Source: Octopus vulgaris (Eukaryota). Taken from it: 64,000 nt of DNA. Shown in pieces: positions 55,235 to 64,000 of the stretch. The DNA lies in contig OX597838.1 in NCBI GenBank assembly GCA_951406725.2, forward strand, positions 15,872,001-15,936,000, written 5' to 3'. The notes under the pieces were generated by a model, which saw nothing but the letters and a program-made list of their open reading frames with translations, searched no databases and was not told the origin of the DNA. Within the stretch, counting starts at the first letter, position 1. Each line of letters starts with the position of its first letter. The translations under genes were made by a program, and so were the position numbers.

Positions 55235-55385
55235 GAAAGTTTACGAAAATAAACAAAAGACGAAGGCAGATGGTGTACAAACAAACAAATGTATTAGTAA
55301 AGCGCTCAGGAATAGAAAAAGTTTTTTACGTTTCGAGCCTACGCTCTTCTACAGAAAGATACACAGAAAAAAAACAAGGAGAGAA
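55231..55385 (-). mobile_element. Short Penelope-pLTR-like module with hammerhead-like motif, in (TA)n
   Basis: 55321-55360 minus strand: UUU-CUGUAGA-A-GAGC-GUAG-GCUC-GAAA-CG-UA/AAA. Confidence 0.6.
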
Positions 55386-55394
55386 ATATATATA

Positions 55395-55775
55395 TTTTAC
55401 TTGTTTCAGCCATTTTCACTGCGGCCATGCTGGATCACCACATTTTGTGGAACAAATCGACTCCAGGACTTCTTCATAAGGTTATTACTTATTCTATCGG
55501 TTTCTGTTGTCGAACCGCTAGGTTTCGGGGAAGTAAATACAGCAACACCGGTTGTCAAGTGATGGTGGGGGTAAACCACACCCACACGCACGCATGCGCA
55601 CACACATACACATATGGCGGGTTTCTTTCATTTTCCGTCAACCAAATCCACTCACAAAGCTTTGGTCGGCCCAAGGCTACAGTAGAAGATACCTGCATAA
55701 GGTACCACGGAGTAGGACTGAACCCGGAATCATGTGGTTGCGAAGTATGCTTCTTACCAAATAGCCACTCCCGCG

Positions 55776-55777
<2 letters not shown>
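55395..55777 (-). mobile_element. SINE family A, diverged
   Basis: Homology to family A. Confidence 0.85.
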
Positions 55778-55825
<48 letters not shown>

Positions 55826-55829
55826 GATA

Positions 55830-56480
55830 TGTAGAAAAATACAAACTGAGACAAGAACGCATAAAAACTTAGAAGACGATACAACCAACACAGACAGGAC
55901 ATTCGAAGCCCTCAGTCTCCAGTCAAGAACCGGATCATCGTAGTAATTTCGGCTGATTAATCTTGAGATTACTAGAACCGGCCAGCCCTCCAGGAAAAAC
56001 TAAGCAACGAGCATTAGAAAAACTAAGCTAGGAGCGTAGATTTCCTGGAAGAAGGATCGAATGCATACGAACACAGGGACAGCAAAACGGACGGTGCCAC
56101 ACGAATATAAAAAACAAAAAACAATAATGAAATACAAAAACGTGAAATACAAAAGCAATAATGGTAAAAACAGCAAGTGTCTTACGACTAATAACAGTGC
56201 AAACAGGTCTGGCTGGCGTATTTTGGAAAAATTGCCTTAGCGGCGAATTGCCTTAGCGGCGAACGAGGACAACGATGTTTTCACGGCGCTGGTCAGAGGC
56301 CGAAAGGCGGATTTTGGCCAGCAGTCACGTGACAGAGAAGAGAGAAAAGAAAAGAAAGGAAAGAAAGGGAGGCAAAGGAAGGAAGAGAGAGAAGAGGGAC
56401 GAAAGCAACAAGGGGGGAGAATAGAGAGAAAGAAGGAATTAGAGAGGGTAGAAGGGATGGGTGTCAAAGATTGACCTGTG
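55830..56480 (-). mobile_element. Longest family D copy with adjoining retroelement-like sequence
   Basis: 55830-56150 covers the other D fragments and continues into purine-rich sequence. Confidence 0.55.
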
Positions 56481-57133
56481 AGTGCAAAGGAAGATTGATT
56501 TGGAAGAGTGCCTGCGACTTAAAACCCCAAATGCTTTGGGTTTCTTTACTTCCTCTGTTCTAATCTCACCGAAGTAACTTTCATCATTTTAGGCACGATT
56601 AAATGAAATTACCAATCACATAATGAATTCGATAAAATTAACTAAGCCCTCACCTCAAAACTGCTGGTTCTGGTCTAAATTACAGAGAATATTACTATAA
56701 TTATTGATAAGAATTTGCGCCACAGCCCATTTTCTTCTTTTTCTTCTTCTTTCCTTCCTTTTCTTCTTCTTTTTCTTTTCCTTCTCTTTTCCTTTTCTTT
56801 TTCTTGTTTTGTTCTTCCTTTTGTAGTTGTTTTTCTTCTTCTTCTTCACCACAACCATTGTTATTATTGATAATCGTTGACAATTCTGTTCGCAAAATTT
56901 TATAACTAACCATTTAAAATGAAGCCATCCCTTTTGCCCCATTGACCCATATTTGTAACGCTATGCAAAGCTGCCATTTTTAATTTCGTTTTTCCGATTT
57001 CTCCAAATTCCGCATCGTCTTCAATACTTATTCGCATACTTATATATATAAATTTCTTCAACTAAAAAATCCTTGAAGATGGTGTTCCAGCATGGCTGCA
57101 GTCAAATGACTGAAGCTAAAAATGAATAAGAGA

Positions 57134-57193
<60 letters not shown>

Positions 57194-57292
57194 TTGTATA
57201 TTTTTATATATACTTTTCTTTATATATATATAATTTTTATCTCGTACCTGTTTCAGGCATTAGACTGCGGCCATGCTGGAGCACTGCCTTGA

Positions 57293-57690
<398 letters not shown>

Positions 57691-58157
57691 GTACATATGC
57701 GCTCACACGCCTTCTTAAAGTAACTTACATAACTAATAATTATACACGAACACATATTTGCATCCAAGCCACAAACAAACATCATTTTGCAGGCGCGCAA
57801 GTAGAATGTGAATACATGGTAAACTAAGTATTCTTTGTAGAAGAACACCTTTAATCTGTCACTGCAGTGTGCACCGACGAACAACTTAACAACTCATCAC
57901 CTATACTGCGTCCCGCTCTGTATCTGTCCACATAAATGCTGTCTGTAGTAGATTCGCTGCTAATAATTAAAAAAAACTCCACTACACTGAATGCACGAGC
58001 ATTTGTTTACATTTGTCGCTTGTGCTCGACCACACACCACAACGACTATTAAGATTTGTATTACACACAGAGCATGCTCTATTGTACATTTTTTTTTTAT
58101 TATGCAAAACAAGTGCATTCAATCACTGAACTATTAATAAATGCACTTATATGTTGT

Positions 58158-58204
<47 letters not shown>

Positions 58205-58297
58205 TGTTTATGGTAGAACATACACTTTAAGAATACTGTTTGTGTCTATACATTGATGTGAATATAAACATATGTACCGCCACCATAGTTACGTACA

Positions 58298-58328
<31 letters not shown>

Positions 58329-58452
58329 GTTTATACACGCATATAACTTTACATAAAATTAAACAGATCATTTACACATTATGTATACACACGGATATAT
58401 AATGTATAAGTGAGTATATGTGTGTGTGTGTGTGTATGAGTATACACACACG

Positions 58453-58553
<101 letters not shown>

Positions 58554-58746
58554 TAGCCTGCACAGACACACACACATACATATATATGCACACATACACA
58601 AACATACATACCTACATACATGAGTATGTATATATTCACACACACACGCACGCACACATATACTAATGCACTCACGTACAAACTCTTTCACACCAACACA
58701 TGACTATAAAACCTAGAAACCGTTATAGATACAGACTCACATTTCA

Positions 58747-58777
<31 letters not shown>

Positions 58778-59449
58778 TACACACATGTGTAAACACGTAT
58801 ACATACACGATTAAACACATACGAGCACATACACATAATGTACATTCATATACTCACATAAACGCACACATGTTTCCACGTATACACGCAGCGGGAAAAT
58901 CAGTACAAAATCGCTGGTTGCTGACTTGCACTGAACGACCCTATCTTGAGCAGTTTTGGGTGTCTGTCGGTAAGGTTGGTAACGCCTTCACCGAGATCTA
59001 ATACTATCAGCATCACCAACACCAACAACAAACAATCTCCACCATCGCTATCACCACCAGAACTATTACCACTGCAATCGCCACCACCATCACCATCACC
59101 ACCACCACCACCACTACCAATAACACTACGATCGTCACCACCACTACTACTACCACCATCACAACCACCACCACCTCTATCACCACTACTACTACAACCA
59201 CTATCATCACCACCACCACCACCACCACCACCACCACCACCACTACTACTACTACCACCATCACAACCACCACCACCTCTATCACCACTACTACTACAAC
59301 CACTATCACCACCACCATCACCATCACCACCACCACCACCACCAGCACTACTACTACTATTACTGCTGCTACTACTACACCACCACTGTTACTACTACAA
59401 CCAACATCACTACTATTACCAGTACAACACCATTGATACCATTGATGCC

Positions 59450-59966
59450 ATTGCCAAAGTGGCACAATGCGATCACAAAAAACGACATGACAGTGTGACA
59501 AAAATAATCCATTGAGAGCTCTGTGGAAATCACGGCCTACAAAGAGCAAAGACGTGGTAAGAGCAAACCCCAGAAGGAGTCGCCGAGAATGAAGATTGCA
59601 AAATCCCGTGGGATGCAATGATCCAGTGCGATCACCTGACCACACATCGGAAACTGGACGTTGCTGAGGTGAATAAAAAAAGAAAGAAAATGCATGATAA
59701 TCGACATTAGCAAATCCCAGTGACAACATGGTCAAAGACAAAAACAGTTGAAAAACTGAACAGCTATGACAATTTGAAGTAGGAAAAACGATTTGAAGTG
59801 GGAAATGGAAAAACCAGCATTGCTTAGAACTGCAAGAGTTCTTCGCAGGGTTCTTGAAGCATGGTCAGTAAAGCAAGTGTTACCTTAGGCTATTGGCTGT
59901 GGATTGCTGACACTATCCACCATGCCCAGCAAAATATACTGAGATCCTTCGCCAAATAATAATAAT
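59450..59966 (+). mobile_element. R4/Dong-clade non-LTR retrotransposon 3' remnant (restriction-like endonuclease region)
   Basis: KKRHDSVTKIIH*ELCGNHGL...W*EQTPEGVAENEDCKIPWDAMIQCDH...RKLD...CMIIDI matches the R4/Dong RHD..W.D..PD..IID layout; ends in (TAA)n. Confidence 0.85.
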
Positions 59967-59967
59967 T

Positions 59968-60193
59968 ACTCTTTACTCTTTTACTTGTTTCAGTCATTTG
60001 ATTGTGGCCATGCTGGAGCACCGCCTTTAGTCGAACAAATCGACCCCAGGACTTATTTTTTGTAAGCCTTGTACTTATTCTATCGGTCTCTTTTGCCGAA
60101 CCGCTAAGTTACGGGTACGTAAACACACCAGCATCGGTTGTCAAGCGATATTGGGGGGACAAACACAGACACACAAACATATATGCATACATG

Positions 60194-60235
<42 letters not shown>

Positions 60236-60342
60236 CCTGCTCGCTTAGCCAGCAGGGTGGCGTCATTCGAAAGCTAAAACAATGCGAACGCATTGTGACC
60301 AGCGATGTGTAAAACATCTGATGGTCTGGTCGGTCACGTGAT

Positions 60343-60418
<76 letters not shown>

Positions 60419-60581
60419 GACGGGCTTCTTTCAGTTTCCGTCTACGAAATCCACTCACAAGGCTTTGATTGGCCCGAGGCTATAGTAGGAGACACTTGCC
60501 CAAGGTGCCACGTAGTGGGACTGAACCCGGAACTATGTGGTTCATAAGCAAGCTACTTACCACACAGCCACTCCTACGCCT
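59968..60581 (-). mobile_element. SINE family A with a 117-bp insert in its internal (TA)n
   Basis: Family A homology on both sides of 60232-60348. Confidence 0.9.
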
Positions 60582-60605
60582 ATAATTAATAATAATAATA
60601 ATAAC

Positions 60606-60642
<37 letters not shown>

Positions 60643-60644
<2 letters not shown>

Positions 60645-60950
60645 CCTTTTTACTGAAATTTTGTGGGGAGTGGAGTGGTCAATTACATCGACCCCAGTGT
60701 GTAACTGCTACTTAATTTATCGACCTCGAAAGGATGAAAGGCAAAGTCGACCTTGGCGGAATTTGAATTCAGAACGTAAAAACGGGCGAAATATCACAAA
60801 GCATTTCCTTCCAGCGTACTAACGATTGTCATCTCACCGCCAGTAATAATAATAATAGTGAATATTATAATCTTTCTATTGTAGACAAAAGGCCTGAAAT
60901 TTTGAGGAGCGTGCTTGTCGATTACATCGACCCAATTCTCAGCTGGTACC
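60643..60950 (-). mobile_element. Diverged SINE family B copy and fragment
   Basis: TTACATCGACCCCAGTG...GGCAAAGTCGACCTTGGCGGAATTTGAA. Confidence 0.82.
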
Positions 60951-61360
60951 GATCTTGAAGAGAGGAGGCATGTGATTGATAAGGCTACTCATGGAGACGA
61001 AGGAACTTTGACAAACAGGCGATGATTGTTGAATAAACGATTGATAGGTTTGTTAGATATTTAACCGATTGACTAACAATGAAGAAGTGATATCAAACCA
61101 GCGTGTGTGTGTGTGTTATTATTATTGGCGCAATGACCCTCTCAAGACCAAACAAGGGAGATAAACAGTAATTTGATGAGAACGAAGAAGGAGGAAAAGG
61201 TAGAGGAGGTGGAAAAGGAGGAAGAGGAAGCGCGGTTGAAGGACGAGGAAAAGGAGGGAAGGAGACGAAGAAAGCGAAGGAGGAGGAGAAGAAGAAGAGC
61301 AACAACAACGGGTGCTTATTGTGGAAGTGAATGAGAAAGGAGGGAGAAAAATGAAGAGGT

Positions 61361-61406
<46 letters not shown>

Positions 61407-61673
61407 AATGATGATGATGATGATCACGATGACGATGATCACGATGATGATGATGATGATGATGTTGATGATGATGGGGCTGATGATGAGATGAATATTT
61501 CTTTATTTTGCCAGAGAGGCAAATAAGGACAAAAAAACGTAAAGAGAATCTTGAAATTCATCCATACATACACACATACAAACACACACAAACGCGCGCA
61601 CGCGCGCACATACACATACACACTCTCGCACACACACAGCTACCTCTCTCTCCCCCTTCCTATCTATCTCTCA

Positions 61674-61750
<77 letters not shown>

Positions 61751-61812
61751 GACACACACACGTGTTTCAGTGTAAGTACATATTCACATATGTTTATTAC
61801 AAAACACACTGA

Positions 61813-61893
<81 letters not shown>

Positions 61894-62560
61894 GCACGTA
61901 TAAAGCCACGAGTATGCAAGTTGTTTATAAACATTGAACGAAAGCAACGTGTCTCATTTCTGTTCCCTATGACACGTCAATGTTTACGTTACGCTAAAGG
62001 CAAAGGGTTCGCCCCATTTAGCTGTCACTTTTGCTCTTATTTCTATCTGTGAGTATGTTTATGCGTGTACATATTAGTGCGGATGTCCTCGCTGGAGATT
62101 GCGGGGGTATCAATCTGTGTGTGCGTGTGTGCGCGCGTGTGTGCGTGTGTGTGTGCGTGTGTGTGTGTGTGTGTGCGTGTGTGTGTGTGCGCGCGCATTT
62201 ATGCATGTCAGCACACACATATATATGTATATATATATAAGTATACTCACAAAAGCACACAGGTATACACACACACATACATATGTATGCGTGCGAGTAT
62301 GTGTGTATGTATGCATGCATTGTACGTGTTTATGCGTATCTGCATGCATGCAGACACACTCACACAGACACTCACACACACCTGCACGTACAAACACATG
62401 TTATATAGGTTTCAGCTACTTGCCATGCTGGAGCATTTCCTTCAACGGTTGCTGACGATTATAATCGGCTCCGATATTTCTTTCAGGCTGATCATCATGT
62501 CATTGCTAATTAATTATTGAATGGCAGGTCATAAACACGGGTACACATGCACACACACAT

Positions 62561-62636
<76 letters not shown>

Positions 62637-62684
62637 GCACACACGCACACACACACTGACACACACGCACACATGTATGCATAT

Positions 62685-62826
62685 ATGTGGTACAAATGTA
62701 CAGAAAACAAAAGACAGACACAGGTGAGGGAACAAGAAGCAGGTGTATTATTTTAACGTTTGAGGATAATGGAAAAGTCTTTGACGTTTCGAGCCTACGA
62801 TCTTCGACAGAAAGGGATGAGAAAAA
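62685..62826 (-). mobile_element. Short Penelope-pLTR-like module with hammerhead-like motif
   Basis: 62777-62815 minus strand: CUUU-CUGUCGA-A-GAUC-GUAG-GCUC-GAAA-CG-UC/AAAG. Confidence 0.6.
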
Positions 62827-62958
62827 TATATTTATATATATATTGCGAGGGTATATAGAAAAATATTTATATTGTTTTTTGCTTGTTTCAGCTCAGAGAT
62901 GCGGCCATGCTGATGCACCGCCGTTTTGTGCTACACTGTTATTACGAAGAACCTCCCC

Positions 62959-63010
<52 letters not shown>

Positions 63011-63188
63011 CATGTTTGTGTTGATGTGTTCATGTCCTGTTAATTAGCAGTTCGGCAAAAGAAACAGATGATACAAGTCCCAGACCTAAAAATATATATT
63101 GGGGGTCGATTTGTTCTACAAAATCCACCAAATCCCTAGCATGTCTGTTGGCCAATAGTGGAAAACACTAACACATATGCACACGCGC

Positions 63189-63239
<51 letters not shown>

Positions 63240-63508
63240 CACACATAACTGAGACGAATACGAGCTAGTTTTTCTTTTCTGCTATTCATCTGGTTGGCGG
63301 TTCTTTGACATTTCAAAAGATGGTTCGAGAACGAAAAAAAGTCTTTATACCATTATGTATTCCCCGAAGCATGGACTGCTGAAGATGAATACCCTGTTAA
63401 GCTCCTTTGTAGGGACATTTACTCAATATCTTATTTCGAGAAGTAATAGGACGGCCGCGATAGCCAGAGGGTAAACTCTATTGTGACTGCAATATTTTAT
63501 CTTACATT

Positions 63509-63722
63509 AAGGCGGCGAGCTGGCAGAATCGTTTGCACATCGGGGAAAATACTTAGCTGCGTTTTGCATGTATGTTCTGAGTTCAAATTCCGCCGAGGTC
63601 CACTTTACCTTTCATCCTTTTTGGTGTCGATTAAATAGTTAACAATTGAGTACTGGAATCGATGTAATTGACTCATTCCCTCCTCCAAAATTGCTGGCCT
63701 TGTGCCAAAATTTGAAACCAAT
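63509..63722 (+). mobile_element. SINE family B, older variant
   Basis: AAGGCGGCGAGCTGGCAGAATCG...GAGTTCAAATTCCGCCGAGG...GGCCTTGTGCCAAAATTTGAAACCAA. Confidence 0.88.
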
Positions 63723-63941
63723 ACTTCATTTTTCTGTTCCTTTCTGTTTTTGTTCCGTTACTTTGTTTGACAAAGATCTATTTAAATCGATATATATATA
63801 AAACAGAATGGGAAGATATAAAATATTCCTTTTATTAACTTGGTATAGTTACGATGATCAAATTTCTGTTTAACGTACAACACTTACAAACACACGCGCA
63901 TGCGCATACACACAGCTAGCTTGCTAGATAGAAGAATGAAT

Positions 63942-63982
<41 letters not shown>

Positions 63983-64000
63983 GCATATATGTAATGTATA

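Overview
Eukaryotic, AT-rich, intronic or intergenic DNA with very dense microsatellites. The repeat content is typical of an octopus (coleoid cephalopod) genome; this is inferred from SINE style and microsatellite load, not from a database match. No intact host protein-coding gene is recognisable, and almost all listed ORFs are translations of simple repeats. The window contains three abundant tRNA-derived SINE families and a TIR-bounded mariner relic with a nested SINE. It also holds decayed fragments of hAT, Helitron, Penelope-like (GIY-YIG), RTE, L1/Tx1-like and R4/Dong elements, plus a hairpin MITE family. The most notable signal is at least seven sequence-diverse type I hammerhead-ribozyme-like motifs. 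Most sit in short non-coding modules inside (TA)n tracts; one has well-paired stems I and III, and one lies in the loop of a long fold-back whose arm begins at the predicted cleavage site. Repeat boundaries are approximate unless a TSD or TIR is cited.
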